Source: a bacterium (GTDB lineage Bacteria; Patescibacteriota; Saccharimonadia; UBA4664). From it: 64,000 bases of DNA. A program made the position numbers and the translations under genes. The stretch lies in the NCBI GenBank assembly GCA_016699105.1, contig CP064960.1:875696-939695 (forward strand), written 5' to 3'. Positions 41,905 to 61,853 of the stretch are shown here, piece by piece (the first letter of the stretch is position 1; every line of letters starts with the position of its first letter). The notes under the pieces were generated by a model. That model searched no databases. It saw only the letters and a list, made by a program, of their open reading frames with translations, and was not told the origin of the DNA.

Positions 41905-42969
41905 TTATGGTGCCCATGCAGACAGTACTATCGATAAATCAAATACGTCGACCGTTCCGTTGGCGTTGAGATCCGCTTTGTTATTTATCTGGCTCCAGGA
42001 ACTGAGTAGAATAGACAAATCGAAGACGTTGATTTTACCATCAACATTTAGATCGGCTTCGTTTGGAGTTGGTGTAATAGCTGGGCTAGGTGAGCCAGTT
42101 AGTATAGGCGAAGTGGTCGGTAATGAATCATCAATATAACCTGGGCTGACATAATCTAAACCGACGTTTGTTGGATTAACGAATGATTCAGTTGGGGCAT
42201 CTAGTGACAATCCGGCCTTAGTGCCATTTGCACCCAAAGTATAGACTGCGTTGGGGGAACCGTAGAGTTTTACATTAGACATATTGATCTGGTTAGATGT
42301 GGGGTTGGCATCAAATATAGTCCATCCGGCATTTCCGATATGTTCGATGTCAATGTTTCGAAAATCCCACTGTCCATTGGCACCGTCTTGAAGCATAAAT
42401 GCCTGATAGGTGGTACCTCCTGAGAGCCGGTCGATCCGCATTTGACTTGGTCCACCGCCCCAAGTTTGAATGAAATCACAATGGTGAGTGGAGTATCCGC
42501 AATTTCCATTAAGTGTATCAAAGTGGACATTCTGGATCTGAACGATACCGGTAACGCGCTGAAATTGAAATCCTTCTCCCAGATTTGGCCCAACAACGTC
42601 TATACCCTCGATGTGCAATATCCCGGTTTGTCCAGTAAAACGAATTAGTCCGTTCGTATTTCCTTGCGCCGACAGTTTACCGCCGATGATGACAACGTTT
42701 CGACCGCCATTGACCGACATGTTGGCAGTGCCGGTACCAGTATTCATGACAGAATTTGGAAGAACTATGCGATAGTCTTTAGTAGAATCGAGTTTGAAAT
42801 CGTTGTTAGTCTCAGTAGCGTAGAGGATCGTTGGATTTTCCAGTATTGGCGGTGCCCAAGTCAACTTATCTTGCAGCACTGTTGCTTTAGCGGATAGTAG
42901 AATTACTGTTAACACACTGCTTATTAAGCTAATTCCGATGACTAGCTTGATTTTTAAATTGCTACTCAT
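41905..42969 (-). CDS. Secreted right-handed beta-helix protein with a C-terminal type-I dockerin pair.
   Basis: Signal peptide MSSNLKIKLVIGISLISSVLTVILLSAKA. The C-terminus reads DLNVDGKINVFDLSILLSSW...DLNANGTVDVFDLSIVLSAW, two dockerin Ca-binding repeats. In the track it is fused to the upstream NUDIX gene as a single 607-aa ORF. Confidence 0.65.
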   Translation of the reverse strand: MSSNLKIKLVIGISLISSVLTVILLSAKATVLQDKLTWAPPILENPTILYATETNNDFKLDSTKDYRIVLPNSVMNTGTGTANMSVNGGRNVVIIGGKLSAQGNTNGLIRFTGQTGILHIEGIDVVGPNLGEGFQFQRVTGIVQIQNVHFDTLNGNCGYSTHHCDFIQTWGGGPSQMRIDRLSGGTTYQAFMLQDGANGQWDFRNIDIEHIGNAGWTIFDANPTSNQINMSNVKLYGSPNAVYTLGANGTKAGLSLDAPTESFVNPTNVGLDYVSPGYIDDSLPTTSPILTGSPSPAITPTPNEADLNVDGKINVFDLSILLSSWSQINNKADLNANGTVDVFDLSIVLSAWAP

Positions 42970-43536
42970 TGGGTTGCGAGTCTGAAGTATCATTTGATGT
43001 GGCCGAGATAGATACCAACAAGCATGAGCGCAGTAATACTTTGCCCGTTGGTAATACTGCCATCTTTGACAAAGGTTGACGGCGGCATGCCAGGTCACGA
43101 ATTTGGTATCTTGAGGATTATCAGATGAGTGCAGTGCGGGTGGTGACACTGCATTGAGACCTTGTGCGACGTAAATGAGCGTGTATTCGGGTGTACGACC
43201 CATAAATGGGTGAGTTTGTTGGGGTAATAATTGCCAATGCTCTGCCAGGAACCCGGCCTCTTCGGCCAGTTCACGCTTCGCCATGTCGAGAGGATCTTGA
43301 CCGTCTGTTGAGCCACCGGGAATCTCCCAAGATTGGCCATTGATCATATAACGGTTTTGACTGACTAACGCTAGCTTTTGGCGGCTATCTAAGGCTACGA
43401 TCATGACGCTAGGTGGACTTTCAACCCAAGCATAAACACCCGCTTGACCATCAGGCCGAATGACATTATCTTCGCGCAGACTAAAGTAGTTATTTTCATA
43501 AACGATTTTACTGCTAATACGTTGCCATTGGTTCAT
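42970..43536 (-). CDS. NUDIX hydrolase (ADP-ribose pyrophosphatase-like). The 3' boundary is uncertain because no in-frame stop precedes the downstream gene.
   Basis: ...GGSTDGQDPLDMAKRELAEEAGF... is the Nudix box. Confidence 0.55.
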
Positions 43537-43621
43537 GGCGCCATTATATAGCATAAGCGGTCCAGCAGGTAGATACCCGCTGGACCGCTGGATGTCATAA
43601 CGACTTAGTGCCCGTTTCGCT

Positions 43622-44059
43622 TCACTTTTTCCGTTTGGCTTTATATGGTTGGGTTCTGGGTGGTTCGGACTTTGGTGTGTTAATTTCGTTATCGACTTTG
43701 ATGGCAATGTCCGATGGTTGGCTCGCAAGTGTTTTGACGACTGATTGTGTTACTTCAACGTTGAATCGGCGCGCAACTCGGTATTTGTTTGGTGCCACTT
43801 CATACACGGTCACACCTGGGCATTGTTGGTTTGTGCCTTGCAACTTTACCCATAATATTTGCCCGGTGAACCTCTGCATGACCGCGCGCACTATCGCATA
43901 AATACCATTATTTGGTTCATTGTGAGCTGGATTTGGAGCAAATTCATATATTCCTTGCGGCCAAAATTGTCGCAGACGATCTGGCAACTTTAGTTCTACA
44001 TTGATTTTGCCACAACTTTCGTGACTGTATTCGATGCAAACGCCAACAGTATCTGTCAT
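43622..44059 (-). CDS. Hypothetical protein with a Lys-rich C-terminus.
   Basis: An AGGAGC Shine-Dalgarno precedes the ATG at 44059. Confidence 0.5.
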   Translation of the reverse strand: MTDTVGVCIEYSHESCGKINVELKLPDRLRQFWPQGIYEFAPNPAHNEPNNGIYAIVRAVMQRFTGQILWVKLQGTNQQCPGVTVYEVAPNKYRVARRFNVEVTQSVVKTLASQPSDIAIKVDNEINTPKSEPPRTQPYKAKRKK

Positions 44060-44104
44060 TACTGCTCCTGTTCGGGTTCGATTCTAGGTGTAGTGTAAAG
44101 GAGC

Positions 44105-46217
44105 TCAAGACCAAGGCTTCTGTGTATTCAGTGACGAAGCTAGTCTTTTTCGCGTTGGATTTGGCCATAATCTCTTCGGCTACCTGACGTGGAACTTCCT
44201 CATAATGATCAAATTCCATCGAGTTGGCAGCTCGCCCTTGTGTCATAGACCGAAGGGTTGTAGTGTAACCAAACATCTCGGCTAGTGGTACAAAAGCATC
44301 AATGATCTTGGCACCTGAGCGGTCTTCCATCTTTTCAATGCGCCCACGTTTTGAGTTTAGGTCGCCAATGACATCACCCATAAACTCTTCTGGAGTCGTA
44401 ACCTCGACCTTCATAATTGGTTCAAGAATGATAGGATCAGCTTTGCGGGCGGCGGCCTGGAAGGCCATAGACCCAGCTACTTTGAATGCCATTTCATTCG
44501 AGTCCACATCGTGATATGAACCGTCGTAGAGTCGAGCTTTGATATCTACCATTGGGAATCCAGCGGAAACTCCGTTTTGCATGGCTTCTTTGACGCCTTC
44601 TTCTGTTGGCTTGATGTACTCGCGAGGCACGATGCCACCAACTATGCCGTTTTCGAACTCAAAACCACCGCCAGGTTCGAGTGGCGTTAGTTCTACCCAG
44701 ACATCTCCGTACTGACCGCGACCACCAGATTGGCGCACGAATTTGCCTTGAGCTTGAGCGCTCTTTTTGATAGTTTCGCGGTAAGCCACTTGGGGTTTGC
44801 CGACATTGGCTTCTACTTTGAATTCGCGTTTCATACGGTCAACGAGAATGTCGAAATGCAACTCGCCCATGCCTTCCAGAATGGTCTGGGCGGTTTGATC
44901 ATCGGTGTGTACGCGAAATGTCGGGTCTTCTTCGGCTAAGCGCTGGAGAGCGTTCCCCATTTCTCCTGGTCCGACTTGGTCTTTGGCTCAACTGCGATAG
45001 AGATTACCGGCTCCGGGAAGGTGATACTTTCGAGGATTACTGGGTGATCGAGATTGGTCAGCGTGTGGCCAGTGGTAGTCCCTTTGAGTCCAACAGCAGC
45101 GGCTATTTCGCCTGCAGAAACTTCTTGAACTTCTTCACGGGAGTTGGCGTGCATAAGTACAAGACGGCCGATGCGCTCTTTTTCGCCAGTTGAGGCATTG
45201 AGTATGTATGATCCGCTCTTAATCACACCAGAATAGACGCGGAAGAAGGCTAATTTACCAATGAAGGGATCCGTGGCAATTTTGAAGGCTAAGGCGCTAA
45301 ATGGCTCTTCGTCTGCTGGTTTGCGCTCGAGCTCTTCTCCAGTTTTCGGGTCGGTACCCCAGACCGAACCAACATCGAGTGGGTTTGGCAGAAAATCAAC
45401 CATGGCGTCTAGAAGTTTTTCGACGATGACACCGCGACCATCTCCACCGGTAACGGCAAAACTGACCTGAAAGCACACTTTTGCGAATGGCACTCTTGAG
45501 TTCATCAATGGTGAGTTCGTGGCCTTCGAGGTACTTTTTCCATGAGCGCATCATCGGCTTCAACGGCGGCTTCAACCAAGTGCTGGCGGTAATTTTTGGC
45601 CTTTTCGAGCATATCTGCTGGTATGTCACCTTCAATCAACTCGTGGTCGTGATATTCCTTGTAGGTGTAGGCCTTCATTTCGATGAGGTCGATTACACCA
45701 TTGATGGTTTGCTCAAAGCCGATTGGTAGATGGATGGCGTACGCGCGCTTTGAAAGGCGCTCATGAATAGACTCGAGTGACTTGTAGAAATCGCCGCCGG
45801 TTTGGTTAATCTTGTTTATGAAACAGATGCGCGGCACACCATATTTGTCAGCTTGGCGCCATACGGTTTCAGACTGTGGTTCGACACCCATTTTGCCATC
45901 GAAGACGGTAACTGCGCCGTCTAGTACGCGCAAAGATCGTTCAACCTCGACTGTGAAGTCAATATGGCCAGGAGTATCAATGATGTTTATGCGCTTGTTT
46001 TTCCAAAAACAGGTAGTGGCAGCGGAAGTAATAGTAATGCCGCGCTCTCGTTCTTGCTCCATCCAGTCCATGGTTGCTTCGCCCTGGTGAACTTCTCCGA
46101 TTTTGTGGGTTTTCCGGTGCGGTACAAAATACCCTCGGTCGTAGTGGTTTTACCGGCATCAATGTGGGCAATAATGCCGATATTCCGGGTGTTTTCGAGC
46201 GAGTATTGACGAGCCAT
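44105..46217 (-). CDS. fusA: Elongation factor G (at least 3 frameshifts; the 3' end is approximate).
   Basis: [36 protein letters not shown]... and ...[20 protein letters not shown]..., with the C-terminal domains in track ORF 43944-44960. Confidence 0.9.
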
Positions 46218-46366
46218 GGGGTATTTAGAATCCTTATATAATTATAATATGTCCTACACGAAAAAAGCGTGCCAGGCACAAACTTGTTTGTATTATACAA
46301 GTTATCTACTTGGCTAATCAAGTGCTTTATGGTATTATCTGGGGCGTTTAGAACCTACACAATCGA

Positions 46367-46550
46367 GATGAAAGCAGGATTAGCTATGGGCATGTGGGAT
46401 AACCGGTCGGAACGCCGCCTTCCTCCTTGGAGGCCGGATAAGCCGACAAAGGTGTCGAAAGGCAGAAGTAAACCGTCTCCTTGGGTTACAAGAGTATTTA
46501 AAGATAGTAATCCTGATCAGAAAGCAAACGATAAGAGAACGAAGCAGTAG
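46367..46550 (+). CDS. Small basic hypothetical protein (~60 aa).
   Basis: MKAGLAMGMWDNRSERRLPPWRPDKPTKVSKGRSKPSPW... A promoter-like TTGGCT-17 nt-TATTAT lies at about 46309-46337. Confidence 0.35.
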
Positions 46551-46631
46551 TCGCGTGACGTAGAGACAAAGAGATTACGCAAAGTTATCGTGCGAGAATA
46601 TCTCGCTTACTTAATAGAGAGGCTTATCATG

Positions 46632-46886
46632 TCTGGTGGCAATAAGCGAAAGTCTGTCATCAATGTTGACTACAAAGACACGCCAACTGGTCCGGTTTAT
46701 GTAGGCCGAAAACGGCGAGACAATCGTAAAATCAGGAAACTTGCCGAAGCACACAATCGACCAATTGCAGTGGTTGTCGTAACAGTCCTCCGTAGTAATG
46801 GTTCTTCGATTCAATTGGCTGCGACGCGCGAAAAAGACTACAGAACATTGCGCGATGGAAATATATCCAATCGCAAGTCACGCTAA
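46632..46886 (+). CDS. Small basic hypothetical protein (~84 aa).
   Basis: MSGGNKRKSVINVDYKDTPTGPVYVGRKRRDNRKIRKLAEAH..., followed by a terminator. Confidence 0.4.
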   Translation, partial: SGGNKRKSVINVDYKDTPTGPVYVGRKRRDNRKIRKLAEAHNRPIAVVVVTVLRSNGSSIQLAATREKDYRTLRDGNISNRKSR

Positions 46887-46918
46887 GCATCAGCAAACAA
46901 TTCTCGTAATCGCTCCAC

Positions 46919-46950
46919 AAGCCCGCTACGCCTTTCCGGCGTAGCGGGCC
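46919..46950 (+). terminator. Rho-independent terminator.
   Basis: agcccgctacgcc-tttccg-gcgtagcgggcc followed by ttctttat. Confidence 0.6.
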
Positions 46951-46954
46951 TTCT

Positions 46955-48335
46955 TTATGCCTTATTTACGGACGTCGCAATTTCAGCAGCTAGATTATTA
47001 AAACCTGATACTGTCATACATACTACAACATCACCAGATTGTACTTTGGCTAAAATGTAATCTATGATTTGCGCTCGCGTATTGAAAAATCTAGCGGTTT
47101 GTCCTACAACATTAGCGACATCGGCTCCCGATACTGTATGTGTAATGTCGGTTTCACGGGCGCTCTCTATATCGGTAATAATGACATCGTTGGCGTCTTT
47201 GAAGGCAGTCGCATAGCCATCGAGCAAGGCGGCAGTGCGGGAGAAAGTATGCGGGCGGAATATGGCGATAATTCGTCGGTACCGGTAATGCAATCGGGCG
47301 GCCTCAATGTAGCTGCTACTTCAGTGGGATGGTGAGCATAGTCATCGATAACTGTGATAGCATCACTAGCTGTCGTTAGCCGATTGAAACGGCGGTAAGA
47401 TCCCCGGAAGTCAGCGGCTCCATTTATAACTTGTCCCAGATCAAGACCTTCTTTGAGTACTGCAGCAATGGCTGCTAGTGAATTGAGTACGTTGTGTCGA
47501 CCAAATATCGGCAAAGCCACTTTACCCAAGACATTGCCGTATGCAACAACGTCAAATTCGATGCCAGCCGGTAAATAGGCTATGTTTCTAGCCTGGTAGT
47601 CACCGTCATGAAATCCATAGGTAATAACGTCGCAGGGTGATGATTGCGCGACACTGACGGCCGTGGCACTTTCAGCACAAACTATGAGTCGCCCAGTTGT
47701 GGGCATTAATTTTACTATTTGAGTAAATCGCTCAATCACGGCGGTTTCGTCGGCAAAAAGTCCGGATGATCCATTTCAATGTTAGTAATGATGAGGGTAT
47801 TAGGGTGGTAGTATTGGATCTTCGATTTATCTTCGAGAGGGCTGGCGCGGTACTCATCGCCTTCGATCACCACTGTTTTGGCGTTCGTTAACCGCACGCT
47901 GGAATCAAAATTAAAGGGCTGAATGCCAATAGCAAAATCGGGCTGGCGACCGGCACTTTCGAGCAACCAGGCAATGAGTGAGCTAGTTGTGGTTTTACCG
48001 TGGGTGCCACTTACAGATATAACTTGGGCGGATGCCGTGATTTCTCCGAGCAATTGCGCCCAGGATTTTACTGGAATCTGATGCTCGGCGGCAGCTAATA
48101 TTACCGGAGCGTCTGGCGACACATGAGCGCCAGTGACGATGACGGCGTCAACTCCTGATAATTGTTTGGCGTCAAACTGCCGGCTCCATTTGATATGCTG
48201 TTCGTCGAGCCAAGTAGCTCCCGGATCGGCACCACTGGGATCATACCCTGATACTTGGTATCCAAGATCACGTACGGCCCGAGCCATTCCGCGCATAGTG
48301 TGACCAGTGATCCCGACGAAGAACAAGTGTTTCAT
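46955..48335 (-). CDS. Mur-ligase-family enzyme (MurC/Mpl-like UDP-N-acetylmuramate-peptide ligase); 2 frameshifts.
   Basis: ...VISVSGTHGKTTTSSLIAWLL... is the P-loop. ...VVIEGDEYRASPLEDKSKIQYYHPNTLIITNIEMDHPDF... follows. Confidence 0.75.
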
Positions 48336-48355
48336 AGGGTCGATTGTACCACGTG

Positions 48356-48940
48356 TTAGGTGCCTCGATTGTCGTATAAATCCGGCAGTTCTTTAAGTTT
48401 TTCAAAGGATTCTAGATCTTTCCAGAATTGGGAACCAATGAATTTGGCGTTTGATTTGGGTATGAGCTTGATTGCATCAGGTAAGAAATAGAGATCTTCG
48501 GATATTTTTTCGCCATTATCGAGATGCGGAGCTTGTTGACTGATTTGGTCCCAGGCGACGAAGGTGTAAATCAAACGGTCAATTTTAGGGTCTGGTTGCT
48601 TGCACTCAATCAAGTGCCAACGGGCGAAAGACCGTCCGGTTTCTTCGAGTACTTCACGCTTGGCAGCATCTAATTCGGATTCGGATTCCACGTCGTGTCG
48701 GCCTGAAGGTAAGTCGTAGTAAAAGTTTGTGCCTGGTTGCTGTTGATATAGAATCACTAATTTGTCGGCGACGAGGCATAAGACTTCAATAGTATCTGGG
48801 CGCTTGATCATCTCAAAGGTGGCCGAAGCACCATCAAACATAGTTTGGGGCCACTGATAAACGTCAAAGATTTGACCAGTAAAGACTTTGTTAGCTGCGG
48901 CTGGGATTGATCGCATGTCGGCAGGAGTATAGGTGCGCAT
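48356..48940 (-). CDS. NUDIX hydrolase.
   Basis: ...GRHDVESESELDAAKREVLEETG... is the Nudix box. Confidence 0.75.
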   Translation of the reverse strand: MRTYTPADMRSIPAAANKVFTGQIFDVYQWPQTMFDGASATFEMIKRPDTIEVLCLVADKLVILYQQQPGTNFYYDLPSGRHDVESESELDAAKREVLEETGRSFARWHLIECKQPDPKIDRLIYTFVAWDQISQQAPHLDNGEKISEDLYFLPDAIKLIPKSNAKFIGSQFWKDLESFEKLKELPDLYDNRGT

Positions 48941-48942
48941 GG

Positions 48943-50614
48943 CTACAGTGTAGCAGTTACGGGCGTGAGCTCAAGTAAGTCACCACCGACGGCTTCGGCA
49001 AAGTAACTGTCGTGCGAGATATAGAGTATGGCACCTTGATAGCGGGCCAGTGCTCGTTCGAGTTCTTCAATACTGGGCAGATCGAGGTGATTGGTGGGTT
49101 CGTCTAATACGAGCAAGTTGGGATTGGCGCAAAGCATCTTGATGAGCTGGAAGCGGGCTTTTTGACCGCCAGATAACCGGGCAATGTCGAGGCGGGAATC
49201 GTTCTGGGGGTCGAATAGGTAATCAGCGAGAATTTGGCGGACTTTTTGATCAGTAATCGGAATATTAGCGTCATCGTACACTCGCCTGATGGCTGAACCG
49301 AGAGAGCGAGATTAAGATAAGATTCGGCAATTTCTTGTTCGTAAACACCTATGACAGTTTTGAGACCGACGGTGATGCTTCCACTATAGACAGTACTTGG
49401 AATTTTTTGCTCAGCAGCGGTGGCTAGCAAGGCTTTACGAGCGTAGATTTACCAAGACCATTGCGACCTTTGATTTGTAGGCGTTCACCCACGGCTAGAT
49501 CGAGGTTGACTGGTTCAAACAGGGCTGATTTATAACCTAAACTGATGTCTTCGATCGCAAATAGGCTACGGGCGCGATGTTCACCACCGGTTCGCAGACG
49601 TATGTTGCGGGCTTTGTATTTGTCGTACTTGGCGACTACTTTGTCTTGTTGTTGATCGAGGGTTTCTTGATCTATCCAGAAGTCCGGCTTGGTCATGGTG
49701 TCTTGGAGCTCATCGCGCTCCTTGGATAGTCGTTTTTCGAGCAACATGAAGGGGTTGGTTTTATCGGCAGTTCCGCTCCACCCGGCTTTGCCGGCTTTGG
49801 CATCACGGATGGCTTTTTCCAGTTTAACCAGTCGTTTTTGGGCATTTTCATACGAATCGATGGCTTTGGCGGTGGCAGCACCGTTTTGACGCAAATAAGC
49901 ATCGTAATTACCGGGAAAACTCAGTACTTCGCGGGCTTTGATCTCGACAATCCGATTGACGTGGACCAGAACGTCGCGATCGTGAGTCACGACGACGACC
50001 GATTGCTTTGATTTCTTGAGCCAATCGATGAATATCTGCTTGGCGACATAATCCATATGGTTAGTAGGTTCATCGATGAGTGCGAGATCGGCATCGGAAA
50101 GCGTGACTTTAACGAGTTCAACAAAGCGCTTTTGGCCACCCGATAAATGACCAAAGGGTCCATCGATGCGCTCTGGTGGCAGTTGAAAGATGGCTAATTC
50201 GGCGCGTACATCGGCTTCAGCGTCATAGTAGCCCATTTCGCCAAACCGCGTTAGAGCGTCGGAATAGATACTGATTTTAGCCATGTCATCACCCATTTCC
50301 AGCGGATAGGTGTCGATAATGTGCTTGAGGCGAGCATAATCGGGGAGGTTTTCGAGGATGTATTCGAGGACTGGTTTGTCGGCTATGCCGTGGTGTTCTT
50401 GCGTAGTGGAAGCAATAATGAGGCCACGGCGCGAGTCGACACTACCGGCGTAGTCGTGATCAGTACCGGCCATAATGCCTAGTAATGTTGTTTTGCCAAT
50501 ACCATTGCGGCCGATGAGTCCAACACGCTCACCAGGCTGGATGGTGAGGTCTAGTCCGGTGTAGAGTGTTTTGATGCCAATGGTTTTTGTTATGTTTTGG
50601 AGATTGAGGAGCAT
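48943..50614 (-). CDS. ABC-F family ATPase (two ABC domains, no TMD); frameshifts.
   Basis: Domain 1 reads GLIGRNGIGKTTLL...LSGGQKRFVELV...LIDEPTNHMD. Domain 2 reads ...LSGGQKARFQLIKML...LVLDEPTNHLD. Confidence 0.8.
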
Positions 50615-50656
50615 ATCTGGAGCATTATAACATGTCCAGGTTATTACCCGTTGAAA

Positions 50657-51079
50657 TTAGAAGTCCCAGACATAGAGTCCGACCGTTTCACTGTGACTTT
50701 TCTGAAGCGTTGTCGGATAAGCTGTGACTACGAGTTCAAGTGTGGCGCCACAGGTGCCAGACTGTAAATGGCCACCAAAACCACGCATTTGGTTATCGGC
50801 GATAGCAACATGCACATGGACAGTTGGCACGTTGTCGACCAGACCAACATTGCCCGTGAGAGATGTGATTTCAAAAACTCCCGGTAGTTCCAGGTGAGAA
50901 AATTGCTTGGTATGAATTGAGTAGTGCGCCAGCGTCAGGTTTTCGATTGATCCGAGCCCTGATATTGAAGCGTTCGTTATATGATTTTCCTGGCAGAATC
51001 GCGCGAGTTCGTGCAGGATGTCATCGGCCGGATCGAAGCGCAAGGCATAGGTGTTGGTATCAAAATTGGCGTATTTCAT
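50657..51079 (-). CDS. PPC/DUF296 (AT-hook-associated) DNA-binding-like protein.
   Basis: MKYANFDTNTYALRFDPADDILHELARFCQENHITNASISGLGS... Confidence 0.55.
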   Translation of the reverse strand: MKYANFDTNTYALRFDPADDILHELARFCQENHITNASISGLGSIENLTLAHYSIHTKQFSHLELPGVFEITSLTGNVGLVDNVPTVHVHVAIADNQMRGFGGHLQSGTCGATLELVVTAYPTTLQKSHSETVGLYVWDF

Positions 51080-51132
51080 AGCTTTCAGTATAGCCAGGTC
51101 AGGCAAAATATGAATAAAGCTGCCGGAGTTTC

Positions 51133-51774
51133 CTATCCGGCTCCCCATACCTGGAGGGCATGGGAGGTGTGACGAGTTTTAAGTCTGTGTGGGGTGGCTT
51201 TTTGCCTCAGCTCGATGGCAGCAATGCGACTTCGCAACCAGCTGGCGACTTGCTCGAAATACGCTGATGCCCAAGGCATCGAGGTCGGCCACAGGTTGCT
51301 GCAATCATTCAGCAATTCGCCTGTGTTGAATAGCTCATTTGCGAGGTCCACATCAGGCGACCATCGTGATGTTAGGCTACTCACTCCAATAGGCTGGAGA
51401 TCCTCATCGAGTGGCGGTTCATGGCTCGTGTAGGCCACTACTTTAATCGGATAGCCACTACTCTCGACATAGTCCATGGCAGCGATAACAAGAAGACCTG
51501 CCAAAATATTATGAACATTTGCCGTTCGTGATGGGTATTGGATCAAACCTGGCAGCTGGATACGCCACTCATTGGGATCTGTCGTGGCTGCACAGGCATT
51601 AACTTCGACCGTCACTGAGTCGGGTAGTGTATTGAAAGCTGCATTAACGGCTTGTCGAATGCCATTCAGGAGCGAATCGAATGGCAGCCATGCTTCGGTA
51701 GTGCAGCCATTTCTGATGCTACGTGGCGCTGTAACAACGTTGTTAACGCTCACGTGTGGCATAGTAAACCCCAA
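51133..51774 (-). CDS. Hypothetical protein.
   Basis: ORF only. Confidence 0.45.
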   Translation of the reverse strand: MGFTMPHVSVNNVVTAPRSIRNGCTTEAWLPFDSLLNGIRQAVNAAFNTLPDSVTVEVNACAATTDPNEWRIQLPGLIQYPSRTANVHNILAGLLVIAAMDYVESSGYPIKVVAYTSHEPPLDEDLQPIGVSSLTSRWSPDVDLANELFNTGELLNDCSNLWPTSMPWASAYFEQVASWLRSRIAAIELRQKATPHRLKTRHTSHALQVWGAG

Positions 51775-51855
51775 TCATGAAAGGTGCTTTCGGACTAAAA
51801 GATTATGACATGATAGCGAATATTATTCAATTTTCATTGGCAAAATACAAAAACC

Positions 51856-51885
51856 GCCATCACAGGCGGTTATTTGCAGTGCTTT
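51856..51885 (-). terminator. Rho-independent terminator after rpsG.
   Basis: The reverse complement reads aaccgcc-tgtgat-ggcggtt followed by tttgtatttt. Confidence 0.65.
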
Positions 51886-51892
51886 GTTTTGA

Positions 51893-52366
<474 letters not shown>

Positions 52367-52434
52367 CGGTGGTATTTCTCCTTTTCTTGGATACTGCCGC
52401 GATGATTCCAGACAAATAGCTGGGCGGCTGATGC

Positions 52435-52879
52435 TTAAATTATGTTACTTTTGCCTTTGGCAGGTGCACTGTCGGCGTCTTTTTTGGTGCCGTAGAGCGA
52501 GCGGCCTTGCTTGCGTTTGGCGACGCCAGCCGTATCGAGGGCTCCTCGAACGACGGTGTAACGCACACCTGGAAGGTCTTTGGGGCCACCACCCTGCACG
52601 AGCACTACGGAGTGCTCCTGCAAGTTGTGGCCAATGCCTGGAATGTAGGCTGTGACTTCCATACCGTTCGTCAATCGGACGCGTGCGATTTTACGCAGAG
52701 CGGAGTTTGGCTTACGAGGGGTAGTAGTCGAAACCTTGATACAGACTCCACGCTTGAGCGGCGACGGCTTGATGTAGCTGGAATTCTTCAGCGAGTTGGT
52801 GACGCGCTGGAGAGCGACAGTGTCGTACTTTTTTGGGGTCTTTGCGCGGTTTGCGCAAGAGTTGAGAAATAGTTGGCAT
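52435..52879 (-). CDS. rpsL: Ribosomal protein S12 (extra A in the run near 52829-52834).
   Basis: [17 protein letters not shown] | [73 protein letters not shown]... Confidence 0.9.
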
Positions 52880-52909
52880 AGTTACTTTTACAGGTTACGG
52901 TAGTTAATC

Positions 52910-60430
<7,521 letters not shown>

Positions 60431-60511
60431 GGGCCCGAGGTTTTTCTAAACGCATAAAACTACGGCACGAAAAGTCCATAGTTTGGTTGATTTAAGCATC
60501 CTCTTAAAATC

Positions 60512-60540
60512 ATTTTTGCAGATATAAACAGTCTTGTCAA
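60512..60540 (-). promoter_or_regulatory. Candidate rpoB promoter.
   Basis: Reverse complement TTGACA (60535-60540, overlapping the stop of the MFS gene), a 17-nt spacer and a weak AAAAAT. Confidence 0.3.
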
Positions 60541-61840
60541 GATGCGATGAGCTTTTGGCGCCAGAGGTAAACGAGTTGGGCTAAGCCAAATCCCAGCAGT
60601 AGTGCTCCCGTTCCGGCAATGACAACTGCCGGTGCCGTCAGATCAGCCAACACCCCAACTACAAATACGGGTACTGTAGCGGCTAAGTTCATAAATAAAC
60701 CCAGGGCGCCAAATACCCGTCCCCGTTCGGCATTGTTGGTATGTTCTTGGAGCATGGTTTGAGCAGCTACGGAAACGATGGCGTTGCAAAATCCCAGCCC
60801 AAATACCAAGGCCGCAATCATGAGACCGGTCGAGCCGGCAACCATATTTCTATCTGGATTGTCAGCCAAATGGGCACCAAGCAAACCCGACGGTCAGTAG
60901 TAAGGCCGCTGCAATCGGCAAACAATAGGCAACGACTCTGGTTTTACCCCATTTTGTCAGCCGTCCCGCCATGATGACGCCGCTTACCAAGCCAGCTCCA
61001 GCCGGCAAGATCAAATAGTGAGATGTGGCAGCCAGTGGTAAGCCTAAGATACTCAAGGCCAAGGCGGGAGCCAAAGCGATGATGATCGATAATACCCCTG
61101 ACTGAGAGTCAGTTGGGTTATAGGAAACCGAGTTGGTGGGTCGTACTAATGGCTTTCCAATTGCGGATCAATTCCGATTGGGTGTAATGAAGCAGGCGAT
61201 TGAATCGTAGTTTGACCGGTTGTTGGGCGCGTAAATCGGGTAGTCCTAGGGTGAGGAGGCCAGCTAACAAGAGCATGGCCGATGTCACTAGATATGGACC
61301 GGACGATCCAAACAGGGCGATCACTGGCGCGGAGGCAGAGTACCCGACGATGAATGACGTATAAAGAGTGAATACGAAGAGCGAGTTTGCACGCAGTAAT
61401 TGGCGTTTGCTGACCAACATGGGTATGGCAGCCGATTCGGCTGGCGCAAAAAACTGGGTTGCGCTCGAAAAGGCAAAACTGACAATCAGTACCAGCCACA
61501 GATTGGTATCAACGAACAGAAATGCCAATGCCAACAGGGCTCGAGCGAAATTTACTACCAGTAAGACGTGACGTTTATTGAGATGATCAACATAAATACC
61601 GGCCGCCGCCGACAAGAAAAGTGCGGGCAAGCCAAAACTGAGCACAAGGAGAGCTACTGATATGTTGGCAAACTGAGTACCGGCTGCCAGGTCAAATACG
61701 CGGATAATGAGGGCAAAATTGATTAAATTACTGCCAATTTGTGACAGTATTTGCGAACCCCACAACAGATTGAAGCTGGTATTGCGGGCTACTGATACAT
61801 CGGTAGTACTGGCGGCGGCAGTAGCGGCGCGTTTCTTCAA
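60537..61840 (-). CDS. MFS transporter (3 frame segments).
   Basis: 12-TM hydrophobic profile and ...LLWGSQILSQIGSNLINFALIIRVF... Confidence 0.7.
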
Positions 61841-61853
61841 GCTGACCCTCGGG

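Noticed and set aside
41905-43728. A single 607-aa ORF spanning the NUDIX and dockerin protein.
   Set aside because: There are two independent domains with a signal peptide in the middle. This is more likely two genes joined by a lost stop or indel, given the indel rate elsewhere. It is reported as two features with an uncertain boundary.
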